Shown here: positions 9,706-19,342 of the stretch, piece after piece
How the letters are laid out: each line of letters begins with the position of its first letter
How positions within the stretch are numbered: position 1 is the first letter of the stretch
From: an uncultured bacterium
Lineage (GTDB): Bacteria > Chloroflexota > UBA5177 > JANWHV01
DNA: 64,000 nt
NCBI GenBank assembly: GCA_963827235.1
Contig: CAWHAE010000010.1
Span: 800,001-864,000 of the forward strand
Reading direction: 5' to 3'
Notes under the pieces: model-generated
Databases searched by the model: none
Told to the model about the DNA's origin: nothing
What the model saw: the letters and a program-made list of their open reading frames with translations, nothing else
Translations under genes and position numbers: made by a program

Positions 9706-10473
9706 CTAAAGCGCCAGCACGACCTCGATGCCGGCGGCACGAAACTGGTCCAGACACTGAGCCGGAGCCGCCGCATCGGTGACCAGCGTCGAAACAACCC
9801 GGCACGGCGCGATCAGTGCAGTGGTGACCTTACCGATCTTGCTATGGTCGGCCACTACCACCACGCGGTCGGCACGCTCGATGATCGCCCGGTTCGTTCG
9901 AGCCTCGATCAGATTGTACGTGGTCAGTCCGTGATCAAGCGACAGGCCGTCCACGCCGACGAACGCCGTCTGCACGTGCAGGTCGCGCATCGATTGCTCG
10001 GTGAGAGGACCGCACAGTTCGAGCGAGCGTCGCAGCGAGCCTCCCGTCACGGTCACCTCGATGTCCTGGTCGCCAAGCTCGGCCGCCACGCCTATCGAGT
10101 TGGTCACGACATGGAGGTTGGCGATGCCGCGGATAGCGCGCGCCACGGCCACCGTCGTCGTGCCGCCGTTGAGCGACACCACGTCCCCCGGCGCCACGAG
10201 CTGCGCCGCCGCGCGGCCGATTGCACGCTTCTCGGCATCAAGCAGCACGGCCTTATCCTGCGGCCTCGGCTCGCTGTCGGCATAGTTGGGCTCGACAACG
10301 GCACCGCCGTGCGTGCGCCGCAGTACTCCCGTGCCTGCCAACCTGTGCAGATCCCTCCGCAGCGTCGATTCCGAGTAGCCGAGGGCCCGGCTGAGGTCGG
10401 CAACGGTCACCGCCCCTTGCCGCGACAGTGCATGCAGGATCCGCTGCCGTCGCTCTTCGGCGAGCACAAGCAC
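9706..10473 (-). CDS. DeoR/GlpR-family transcriptional regulator
   Basis: EERRQRIL...SESTLRRDL...RRTHGGA HTH; GGTTT, VVTNS, VVADHSKIG; start uncertain (10473 or 10467). Confidence 0.92.
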   Translation of the reverse strand: MLVLAEERRQRILHALSRQGAVTVADLSRALGYSESTLRRDLHRLAGTGVLRRTHGGAVVEPNYADSEPRPQDKAVLLDAEKRAIGRAAAQLVAPGDVVSLNGGTTTVAVARAIRGIANLHVVTNSIGVAAELGDQDIEVTVTGGSLRRSLELCGPLTEQSMRDLHVQTAFVGVDGLSLDHGLTTYNLIEARTNRAIIERADRVVVVADHSKIGKVTTALIAPCRVVSTLVTDAAAPAQCLDQFRAAGIEVVLAL

Positions 10474-10713
10474 CGTTCTTTCTGTCGGGATCCTCGCTTC
10501 GCGCGGCCAAAGGCGGATGCGAGAGTGCCGCATGCCGTGCGACCCTACTCGACATGGTAGCGAGTTCGACCGCGCAAGATCAACCGGATACTGCACGATC
10601 CTGCACGATATGCGACGGAAGCGGCCAAATGCGCTCTGCCTGGTCGTGCGGAATGGTTAATACATATCCCTCAACGTCCTCAGATCAATCGTGCAAATCC
10701 GGTCAACTCGCGA

Positions 10714-10742
10714 TTGACAGTGCACGAGTCTTGTGCTAGGCT
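10714..10742 (+). promoter_or_regulatory. Sigma70-type promoter of the second ABC operon
   Basis: TTGACA-17bp-TAGGCT with an extended TG. Confidence 0.65.
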
Positions 10743-10889
10743 TGCCGATCGGAGGCCTGGACCGCGTGACCCTCCCGACTGAAAGGAGGTGACTGCCCTG
10801 TGCCGAAATCTTGACCAATGATCGGCTTCACCGCGACTGCGCAGTGGCTGCGACTTCCTCAATTCACTGCTGACAGGGAGGCTACATTG

Positions 10890-12383
10890 ATGGTTGGGAC
10901 TCGTGAACTGGAGCACGCAGGCCAAGGGAAACCAACCCGGCACGCCCGTGGACGCTCTCTTGCATGGTTCGTCGTTCTCGTCCTCGTCACCACCCTGTTC
11001 ACCGGCGCAACTACTTCCGTGCCACGTGCCGGCGCACAGGGCACGTCGATCACGGTGCTGACGGTGGGAGATCCATTCGAATACCAGTTAGTCAAGCTGC
11101 TCCCGCAATTCGAGAAAGCAACCGGGATCAGCGTGAAGCTGGAGTCCGTGTCGTACGACCAGATGCACGGGCAGCTGGTCAACGCCGCCATCACCCACTC
11201 GAGCACATTTGACGTGGTAACACCCGATGCGATGTGGGTCTCGGAGTTCGTCGACAATGGCTGGGTCGACCAGCTCGATAGCTACATAAAGGCGGACAAG
11301 GCCGAAGTGCAGCCTGCCGACCTCATCCCTGCCGTCGTGTGGAGCATGGATGAGTGGAAGGGGCACATGTACGCGCTGCCGATTGCCGCATACGGACAGG
11401 ATGTCCTGTACCGCACGGACGTGTTCTCGGCCCTGCATCTGCAGGCCCCGCCTCCAACCGCGGCCAGCTGGTGGACCTGGGACCAATACCTGAAGGATGT
11501 CCAGGCGATCAATGGAAAGACGATCGGCGGGACCAAGTATTACGGCACAGTGATTGCCGGTGCGCAGCCCTCGCCGATTGTGCACATGTACACGCAACTC
11601 GCCGCTAGCCTTGGGGCGCGCTGGTTCAAGTCATTCCCGAGCAGCGCGAAGTGGGATTTTACGGTTACCCTGAACTCCCCCGCGAATCTCAAGGCACTCT
11701 CCATGTTCACCACTCTCTACCACAATTCGCCGCCACAGGCGGATGCCATGAACTGGTTCGAGGCCGGAACGCAGTTTGCCTTGGGCAAGGTCGGCATGAT
11801 GTACTGGTGGACGCCGTATAACTATCTTGTCGACAAGGCAGGCTACGAGGTTCCGCAGGCCGCGCCCATCGTCGGCAAGTACAGTGTCGGCGTGCTGCCT
11901 TCTCAGCCTGGCGTGCCGCAGACAGGCAGTGACGGCGGTTGGAGCCTCGCCCTCAGCTCGTTCTCCCACAACAAGGCTGCTGCCTTCAAGTTCATTGCCT
12001 GGGCCACGAGTGCCAAGACCCAGTTGGACATGGCCCTCCAGCCCGGCTACCAGTTCAGCGACTTTGCGCACCTGTCAAACTATACCGACGCGTCGGCGAT
12101 GGCGGCCTACCCCTATCTGTCCGCCCAGCTGAAAGCGCTACAAACCGGCAACGGCAAGGCGGTGCGCCCACCGATTCCGATCTACTCCGTCCTCGAAGGA
12201 CTGTACGGTACGGCGCTGAATGAGGCCATTCGCGGGCAGTCCTCGCCCGCCGACACCCTCAAGAGCGTGACTAACCAGTTCAATAGCGTGCTCGGAGACG
12301 ATGCCTACATCCCGTATGTCCAGCCGTCGTATAACGACACGCTGGCGAACACGGTGGCGCTGCTGAACAGCCTCAACAAGTAG
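10890..12383 (+). CDS. Carbohydrate ABC transporter substrate-binding protein
   Basis: Signal peptide, FEKATGISVKLE, KGHMYALP, LYRTDV, GGWSLALS, AAFKFIAWATS; SD AGGGAG. Confidence 0.9.
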   Translation: MVGTRELEHAGQGKPTRHARGRSLAWFVVLVLVTTLFTGATTSVPRAGAQGTSITVLTVGDPFEYQLVKLLPQFEKATGISVKLESVSYDQMHGQLVNAAITHSSTFDVVTPDAMWVSEFVDNGWVDQLDSYIKADKAEVQPADLIPAVVWSMDEWKGHMYALPIAAYGQDVLYRTDVFSALHLQAPPPTAASWWTWDQYLKDVQAINGKTIGGTKYYGTVIAGAQPSPIVHMYTQLAASLGARWFKSFPSSAKWDFTVTLNSPANLKALSMFTTLYHNSPPQADAMNWFEAGTQFALGKVGMMYWWTPYNYLVDKAGYEVPQAAPIVGKYSVGVLPSQPGVPQTGSDGGWSLALSSFSHNKAAAFKFIAWATSAKTQLDMALQPGYQFSDFAHLSNYTDASAMAAYPYLSAQLKALQTGNGKAVRPPIPIYSVLEGLYGTALNEAIRGQSSPADTLKSVTNQFNSVLGDDAYIPYVQPSYNDTLANTVALLNSLNK

Positions 12384-12459
12384 TCACAATCACACGCTCC
12401 CGCAGGATGTCGTCATGCCAACCTGGCGACATCCTGCGCCGGATCGCCAGAGGGATTTC

Positions 12460-13365
12460 ATGGTCAACAGCAGTCTGCGGTCCAGACAATGGCGCCGGAA
12501 GCTGGAACCACTCTGGTTCATCGGCCCGGCTGTCCTGCTGCTCGTGGCGCTCGTCATCTACCCGCTGCTCTACTCGCTGCGCCATAGCCTTGAGCACTGG
12601 GATCTCGAGCTTTCGCCCAATCCGCTGGGCTCAGTGGGTCTGCGTAACTATGATCGTATCCTCTCCGATTCATCTTTCTGGTCGGCTGCCCTGTTCACGA
12701 TCGAGTTTGTCGCCGTCGCCGTCGGCGTCGAGCTGGTGCTGGGCACCATTCTCGCCCTCTTGCTCGATCAGCGACTGCCCGGGACGCAACTCGCGCGCAC
12801 ACTGATCATCATGCCGACAGCCGTGGCGCCGATCGTGGCGGGCTTCATGTTTCGCTACATGTATTACCCCGGCAGCGGGATCATTGCCTACCTTGGCTCC
12901 CGTATCGGTCTCCCGATCCCGGCCACCGGCATTCTTGGCGACCCGTCGTGGGCGCCACCCGGACTCGAGATCACCGATATCTGGCAATGGACGCCGTTCG
13001 TCGCGCTCGTGGTGCTGGCCGGTATCCAGTCGGTGCCGCAAGAGATCGTCGAGGCCGCGCGTGTCGATGGCGCGGGCGCCGTGAGCCTTTTCTGGCGTAT
13101 CATCGTGCCTCAGCTGCGCTTCATCGTGGCCATCGTGCTGATCATTCGCATCATGCAAACCTTCAACGTGTTCGACATCTTGTTTGCGGAGACCATGGGA
13201 GGTCCCGGCACGTCGACGACGTCCTTGAGCTACCTCCTCTACTTGAATGGCCTGCGCTACTACAACATGGGATTGGCCTTTGCCATGGCCTGGATCATCA
13301 CGGCGCTCGCCGTCATCTTGGTGAACTGCTATATTCTGGTGGCCTTCCGGGGAATAGAAGTATGA
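12460..13365 (+). CDS. Carbohydrate ABC transporter permease
   Basis: FIGPAV, VGLRNY, DIWQWTPF, EAARVDGA, GGPG. Confidence 0.92.
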   Translation: MVNSSLRSRQWRRKLEPLWFIGPAVLLLVALVIYPLLYSLRHSLEHWDLELSPNPLGSVGLRNYDRILSDSSFWSAALFTIEFVAVAVGVELVLGTILALLLDQRLPGTQLARTLIIMPTAVAPIVAGFMFRYMYYPGSGIIAYLGSRIGLPIPATGILGDPSWAPPGLEITDIWQWTPFVALVVLAGIQSVPQEIVEAARVDGAGAVSLFWRIIVPQLRFIVAIVLIIRIMQTFNVFDILFAETMGGPGTSTTSLSYLLYLNGLRYYNMGLAFAMAWIITALAVILVNCYILVAFRGIEV

Positions 13366-14228
13366 GCAGGGAGACGCGTCTGGCCCGCTTGTTCTCTCCG
13401 CGCCTCCGGCACTTGGGCCGCCGGGCGGCGCTGATGATCGCCCTGTTTGCGCTCCTGCTTCTGTTTATCGGTCCGCTGCTTTGGTTTTTGGCCCTCTCAC
13501 TTCGCCCGGTCGACAGCGATTTCACGATCCCGCCAAATCTGTCATTCGCGCCGTCGCTGTGGGCCTTCCACGACACGTTCGTCTCACCGGGGGAGAACCT
13601 GTCGAACCTGGAGGCCAGTCTGATCGAGTCGGCCGGCACCTTGCTGATCACCGCGCCCCTGGCCATCCTCGCAGCCTATGGCTTCTCGCGCTATCGCTTC
13701 AGAGGGCGTCGCTTCATGCTTCTCTGGCTGCTGACATTGCTGCTCACGCCGCCGATCGGCATGACCCTGCCCAACTACATCATCATGAACAACCTCGGTT
13801 TGATCGGCACGTACTGGGTGATGATGCTGATGTACCAGACGTTCACATTGCCGCTCACGATCTGGCTCCTGCGCGGCTTCATGAACGAGATCCCGGTGGC
13901 CATCGAAGAGGCGGCGATCATCGACGGCGCCAGCCGGCTGCAAACATTGCGCTACATCGTGATTCCGCTCTGCGCGCCCGGGATCATGGTGGCGCTCATG
14001 TTCGCCTTCGTATTCTCCTGGAACAACACGGTCTTTCCGCTCGCGATGTCCAACGCGGTGACCCAGCCATTGCCGATCGGCACGCTCAACTTCTTTGCCA
14101 CCACTGGCGTGACCTGGAACTACATCGCGGCCAATTCGATCGTCACCATTCTGCCGCCAGGCATTCTGTTCTTCGTATTCAGACGGTACATCGTCAAAGG
14201 ACTCACGTTTGGTGCCGTCGCTGGGTGA
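13362..14228 (+). CDS. Carbohydrate ABC transporter permease
   Basis: ATGA overlap; AAYGFSRYRF, IEEAAIIDGAS, FSWNN, RYIVKGLTFGAV. Confidence 0.92.
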   Translation: MSRETRLARLFSPRLRHLGRRAALMIALFALLLLFIGPLLWFLALSLRPVDSDFTIPPNLSFAPSLWAFHDTFVSPGENLSNLEASLIESAGTLLITAPLAILAAYGFSRYRFRGRRFMLLWLLTLLLTPPIGMTLPNYIIMNNLGLIGTYWVMMLMYQTFTLPLTIWLLRGFMNEIPVAIEEAAIIDGASRLQTLRYIVIPLCAPGIMVALMFAFVFSWNNTVFPLAMSNAVTQPLPIGTLNFFATTGVTWNYIAANSIVTILPPGILFFVFRRYIVKGLTFGAVAG

Positions 14229-14361
14229 ACGCGCCTGCCGGCAGCACCGGGAAGGCGACGGCGCGCACACCCGACCGGCCGGCACTCGGGATGCGCGCCG
14301 GAATGTGCGGAGTCGCTCCTGATGGCATGCCGGACTATTGCACATGGAAAGAGGTTCTGAC

Positions 14362-15405
14362 GTGGCTGATACGGTGAGGATCGCGGTCGTGGGCCTGGGC
14401 ATGTGGGGACAGAACCATTGTCTGGCATATGGCGACTATCACAGAAGCCAGCTGGTCGCGGTATGCGACGTTGACGAGAAGCGTGCCGCGGAGCACGCCG
14501 CAACCTACGGGTGCAGGGCAGTGACCGACTTCCACGAGATCGCGGCCGACCCGAACATCGACGCCGTGAGCGTCGCAACGCCGGACCCCTATCACTTCGC
14601 GGTCGTCCTGGAGATGCTGCGGGCCGGCAAGCACGTGTTCGTGGAGAAGCCGCTGGTGACCAAGGTCGACGAAGCCGTGGCACTGGTCGAAGCTGCCCGA
14701 GAGCATCCCGTTCTCACCATGGTCGACTTCCATTCGCGGTGGATTACGTCGTACGTCGCCATCAAGGATGCTCTGGATGGCGGCGAGATTGGACGTCCGA
14801 TCATGGGCTACATACGGCTCAGCGACGCCATCGAGGTAGCGCTGAACTGGCTCAAGTGGGCTGCCGAATCCGGACCGCAGTGGTTCCTCTTCCCCCACAT
14901 CGCCGATCTCATGTACTGGTATTTCGGTGCTATTCCCGAGACCGTGTACGCGGTAGGGAGCAAAGGCGTGCTGGCGGCCAAAGGCGTGGACACCTACGAC
15001 GCGATTCAGGCGCTGCTGCGCTTTCCGGGCGGAGGGTTCACCACGCTCGAGTCCAGCTGGATCGTGCCCAACGGATCGGCCAGCGTGATCGACTGCCAGA
15101 TGGGCTTGTACGGTACCGAGGGTCGAGTTGAGCTGAACCACGACTACTACGGCCTCGAGATCACGAACGACAGGGTGCGATATCCGTGGATCTCGGGCGG
15201 AAAGCGAAACCGCTACGGACACCTGGACGGCTTTGTGTTCGAGCCCATGCGTACCTTTGTGGACTGCATTCTCGACGGGAAACCGAGCCCGACACCGCTC
15301 GAGACCGGTCTGGTGAATACGTCGATCATCGATGCCTGCCTGCGATCCATCCAGAGCGGAGTGCCGGAGACTCTGCGCGGATTGCACGTGCTGGCCGGCA
15401 AATAG
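14362..15405 (+). CDS. Gfo/Idh/MocA-family oxidoreductase
   Basis: RIAVVGLGMWG Rossmann motif, DAVSVATPD..H, GKHVFVEKP. Confidence 0.92.
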   Translation: MADTVRIAVVGLGMWGQNHCLAYGDYHRSQLVAVCDVDEKRAAEHAATYGCRAVTDFHEIAADPNIDAVSVATPDPYHFAVVLEMLRAGKHVFVEKPLVTKVDEAVALVEAAREHPVLTMVDFHSRWITSYVAIKDALDGGEIGRPIMGYIRLSDAIEVALNWLKWAAESGPQWFLFPHIADLMYWYFGAIPETVYAVGSKGVLAAKGVDTYDAIQALLRFPGGGFTTLESSWIVPNGSASVIDCQMGLYGTEGRVELNHDYYGLEITNDRVRYPWISGGKRNRYGHLDGFVFEPMRTFVDCILDGKPSPTPLETGLVNTSIIDACLRSIQSGVPETLRGLHVLAGK

Positions 15406-15705
15406 GAGACGACCACCGCCCGACATTTGTCGGGGCGACAGATTAGTACCGGGCCCGGCATGGATAAGCCAAATGGTCGCGTACCGGATCGCTCGAGGGC
15501 ATACGCTGGCATGACCACACGATGTTCCTGGGCAGGCTATGGCGCTACATGCCGGCGCGGCCTGGATCCCAGCTCGCCCAGGTACCTCGCGCGCGCCTTC
15601 GTGCTTGAGCGCCAACAGTGCCGACACGCAAGCGAGCGGTTTGTAGCCGGACCGCGGCTAGGCGCCGAGGAGTAGTATGTATGGGCAGTGAAATGGAGAT
15701 AAAGG

Positions 15706-16794
15706 TTGCCGGCCGAGTTGTTGCTTTCCGACTATGATCCGTCGGCCAACCTGGTGACGGACAGCCATCCCCGGAAACGGGCCAAGTTCCCGGCCATCGA
15801 CGCGCACAACCACCTCGGTCGTTGGCTGACGGCTGACGGCTCCTGGGCCATCCAGGACGTACCGGCACTTCTGCAGCTCATGGAGGCCTGCAATATACAC
15901 GCCATCGTGAACCTGGATGGCATGTGGGAGGGAGAGCTCGAGGCCAACCTGGATCGATACGACCGAGCCTATCCCGGCCGCTTCTATACGTTTGCCCAGA
16001 GCGACTGGGGACTGGTGCAGTACGCCGACTTCGGATCTCGCATGGCTAACCAGCTCGTCGACAGCGTGCGGCGCGGAGCGCGCGGTCTCAAGGTGTGGAA
16101 GAAGCTCGGCCTGGAGTATCGCGATGCGGACGGGCAGTTGATACCCATAGACGACCGCAGGCTCGACGATCTCTGGACCGCGGCCGGTGAGCTGCACGTG
16201 CCGGTGCTCATTCACATCGCGGATCCCGTGGCGTTCTTCCTGCCCCTCGATGCAAAGAACGAGCGCTGGGAGGAACTGCGTGCGCATCCGGACTGGCATT
16301 TTCCATCGCCGACCTACCCGTCGTTCATTGCATTGATGGAGCAGTTTGAGGCGCTGGTCGCACGGCATCCGCGGACCACATTCGTCGGAGCACACGTCGG
16401 CTGCTACGCCGAAAGTCTCTCATGGGTTTCCAGGATGCTGGAGTGCTATCCGAACTTTGCCGTGGACATCGCGGCGCGTCTGGCCGAGCTGGGACGGCAG
16501 CCGTATGCCGCCCGGCGCTTCTTCGAGAAGTACGCGGGCCGAATCGCCTTCGGCCTGGATGTCAGTCCGCCCGTACTGGAAGAGTACGCGCCCTACTTTC
16601 GCTTTCTCGAGACTGCCGACGAGTATTTCAGCTATTCGCCGGCAGCGGTCGCCCCGCAAGGACGCTGGCAGATCTACGGCATTCACCTCGACGATGCGCA
16701 ATTGCGCGAAGTCTACGCGGGTACGGCGCAACGCGTGATCGTGGAACGGCAGAGGCCGGCGGGCGGGGCAGCGCCGTCAGCGGCTAAAGGGTAA
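15706..16794 (+). CDS. Amidohydrolase-family protein (Amidohydro_2, lactonase-like)
   Basis: IDAHNH metal motif, GARGLKVWK, PVLIHIADP, FVGAH. Confidence 0.85.
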   Translation: MPAELLLSDYDPSANLVTDSHPRKRAKFPAIDAHNHLGRWLTADGSWAIQDVPALLQLMEACNIHAIVNLDGMWEGELEANLDRYDRAYPGRFYTFAQSDWGLVQYADFGSRMANQLVDSVRRGARGLKVWKKLGLEYRDADGQLIPIDDRRLDDLWTAAGELHVPVLIHIADPVAFFLPLDAKNERWEELRAHPDWHFPSPTYPSFIALMEQFEALVARHPRTTFVGAHVGCYAESLSWVSRMLECYPNFAVDIAARLAELGRQPYAARRFFEKYAGRIAFGLDVSPPVLEEYAPYFRFLETADEYFSYSPAAVAPQGRWQIYGIHLDDAQLREVYAGTAQRVIVERQRPAGGAAPSAAKG

Positions 16795-16879
16795 GGCTGT
16801 CCCGGAGCGGGCAGCCGGTGAGACCGGCGAGGACGTCACCTGCGGCATCGCCAGAGGGCGGCCCCTTCGCCGTTCTCCG

Positions 16880-17833
16880 CTACAACGTGTTCGCCGCGCC
16901 GGCGTCCAGCGGCACAAAGCGCACACCGGTGAGCTGCTCCGACAGCGACCAGAGCCTCCGCGCAGCTTCCTCATCCAGGGCCTGCTTCGGCAGCGCGACT
17001 TTCACGGGATAACCGCGAGAATGCATGAAGCGGTCCGGACCGTAGTAGTCGCCGCCACGCACCTCTGAAGCGGTAGCCGCATACAATTCGGGCAGCGCGC
17101 CCCGGCCGGCCGATTGGGCGAACAGCCGGTTTGCCAGGGCCATCGCCGCGCCCATCCAGCGGTTACCGGTCATGCGAGGACCGGCACCCTGCAAGTTCGT
17201 GGCCGCATAGCCCGGATGCGCACCGACGCTCACCAGATCGAGGCCGCGGGCGCGGGCCAGGCGATCGAGCTGCAGCATGAAGAGCAGGTTGGCAAGCTTG
17301 GACTGGCGATAGGCATCCCAAGGCTTATAGTTGTGCTCGCCCTGCAGATCGTCGAAGCTCATCCGACCACGTGCACCTTCCGTGCTGCTGACCGTAACCA
17401 CGCGCGCCCCAGGTCGCGCCAACAGCGAGGGCAGCAAGAGGCCAGTCAGCGCGAAATGGCCCAGATGATTCGTGCCGAGCTGCATCTCGAATCCGTCGGT
17501 GGTTCGCCGGTAGGGCAGCGCCATCACACCGGCATTGTTTACCAGCGCATCCAGTCGATCGTGCGCCGCGGCGAAGCCGCCGACAAACTGCCGTATCGAG
17601 TCCAGGCTGGACAGGTCCAGCGCCGCCACCTGCACGACCGCACCGGAGGCGACGGCGCGGATTTGCTCGGCGGCGCGTTGCCCCTTGCCGGTATCCCGGC
17701 AGGCCAGGACCACGGTGGCGCCGTGCTTGGCCAGCTGCAGTGCCGCGTGGAAGCCCAGCCCGCTGTTGGCCCCCGTTACCACTGCGGTGCGTCCTGTCTG
17801 CGCCGGTATGTCGTCCTCAGTCCAGCCGCCCAT
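16880..17833 (-). CDS. Short-chain dehydrogenase/reductase
   Basis: VVTGANSGLG, LVNNAG, YRQSK catalytic motif, HPG. Confidence 0.93.
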   Translation of the reverse strand: MGGWTEDDIPAQTGRTAVVTGANSGLGFHAALQLAKHGATVVLACRDTGKGQRAAEQIRAVASGAVVQVAALDLSSLDSIRQFVGGFAAAHDRLDALVNNAGVMALPYRRTTDGFEMQLGTNHLGHFALTGLLLPSLLARPGARVVTVSSTEGARGRMSFDDLQGEHNYKPWDAYRQSKLANLLFMLQLDRLARARGLDLVSVGAHPGYAATNLQGAGPRMTGNRWMGAAMALANRLFAQSAGRGALPELYAATASEVRGGDYYGPDRFMHSRGYPVKVALPKQALDEEAARRLWSLSEQLTGVRFVPLDAGAANTL

Positions 17834-18063
17834 GTTCGCTTCCTCTCGTTGCCGCCGAACGGTGGCCTCGACCTTCCTCGGCTTCGACCGGCTGCTCCCG
17901 TCGCACCGGGCGTCCGAGGGGTACTGACCTCAGTGTACGAGGGCGAATGCTAGGCAGTCGGCCTGCCGTGCTGTGCGTCCGTGACTCGGTGCGCCCGGCA
18001 GAGCTATGCCGGTTCTCGTGCCGCGCGTACACTAAGGTGCTCGAGACACAGTATCGATAGCTC

Positions 18064-18597
18064 ATGATTGGAGTCGCCACCGTGCGCGCCACACCATCGT
18101 CAGCCGGCAAAGTGACCATCGGAGACCGGGCTCCTGATTTCACCTTGCCAACGCAGTCCGGGGAGCAGGTCCGTCTCCACGATCTGCTCGGCGACCGCGC
18201 TCTAGTTCTGTTCTTCTACCCGAAAGACAACACGTCGGGCTGCACTGCCGAGGTGTGCGCCTTTCGCGATAGCTACGAGGTCTTCAAGGAGGCAGGAGCA
18301 GGTGTCGTGGGCGTCAGCTCAGACTCCGTAGACTCTCACGCAGCCTTCGTGGGGAAGCACAACTTGCCGTTCACCTTGCTCTCCGACAAGGGAGGGACGG
18401 TTCGACGACTGTACGGGGTGCCGGCCACTCTCGGCCTCCTGCCCGGACGTGTCACCTACATCCTCGACAAGCAGGGTGTCGTACGACACATGTTCTCGTC
18501 GCAAATGGCTATCGGCAAGCACGTGAGTGAAGCCCTGCACGTCATCGAAGCGCTGCGAGTGGCAACCGACACACAGGATGCGAGTCTGCCCGACTAG
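18064..18597 (+). CDS. bcp: Peroxiredoxin, BCP/PrxQ type
   Basis: GDRAPDFTL, FYPKDNTSGCTAEVC (PxxxTxxC plus CxxxxC), GVSSD, RVTYILD. Confidence 0.88.
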   Translation: MIGVATVRATPSSAGKVTIGDRAPDFTLPTQSGEQVRLHDLLGDRALVLFFYPKDNTSGCTAEVCAFRDSYEVFKEAGAGVVGVSSDSVDSHAAFVGKHNLPFTLLSDKGGTVRRLYGVPATLGLLPGRVTYILDKQGVVRHMFSSQMAIGKHVSEALHVIEALRVATDTQDASLPD

Positions 18598-18613
18598 CTG
18601 CTGTCGGGCCTGC

Positions 18614-19342
18614 TCAGCCGCCCGACGGCGCGGCTGCCTCACCTGCCGTCACGTGGAACCTGCTGCAGTAGAGATCCGGCTCAAACGGCGCTCGCCGGCC
18701 CGGGCAATTTTCACGCGGGCACAGCTGGCAGCTCTCGAAATGCTCGCCGGTAGGAAAGCGTATACCCGACACCGACTTGGTAGGCACCATCAGCATGCTC
18801 TCGCTCAGGCGCACGCCGGCCCGCTCAGCGCCTGAGCCTAGGAGTCCAAACAGCACTCGCTGCTGCTCGATGGGCCAATCCGGAAGCGAGCCTGGGTTCA
18901 TGGCACTGGTATCGCCCGGCTCGTAATTGGCCGTGATGTGCGCGTCGAGAGCCCGTCGCGCCGCCACCAGGGCGAGTCCCTTTACGGTCTCGGCCCAAAA
19001 GCGGTGCAGCGGGTCCGCGATTGACTCCGCCCACGCTTGCAGCTCCGTGCCGCAGGTGGCCACGTGGGGAAAAGCGCGATACACCGTCTCCAGATGCACG
19101 CGGAGGACGTGGCTCGTGAAGCGCCATCCCTCGAGATCGACATAGTCCTCACCACGGTCCGTAACGTAGGCGACCAGGTAGAACGCCCGGGGCCGGGCAA
19201 TACGCGCACCTTCCTCCGCTAAGGGCAGCAGCTCCTCGGCGAGCGCGCTTCCTTCCTTCACGCGGGCCTGCTGCAGCAGGGTCGCCACGTTCAAGTAGAA
19301 CGGGATGTCCTCGAGCAGGTGCGACACCATTTCAGACTTCAT
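18614..19342 (-). CDS. Stand-alone B12-dependent methionine synthase activation-domain protein
   Basis: VATCG, MNPGSLPDWPIEQQ, GVRLSESMLMVPTKSVSGI, C-terminal CQLCPRENC..RRA. Confidence 0.75.
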   Translation of the reverse strand: MKSEMVSHLLEDIPFYLNVATLLQQARVKEGSALAEELLPLAEEGARIARPRAFYLVAYVTDRGEDYVDLEGWRFTSHVLRVHLETVYRAFPHVATCGTELQAWAESIADPLHRFWAETVKGLALVAARRALDAHITANYEPGDTSAMNPGSLPDWPIEQQRVLFGLLGSGAERAGVRLSESMLMVPTKSVSGIRFPTGEHFESCQLCPRENCPGRRAPFEPDLYCSRFHVTAGEAAAPSGG

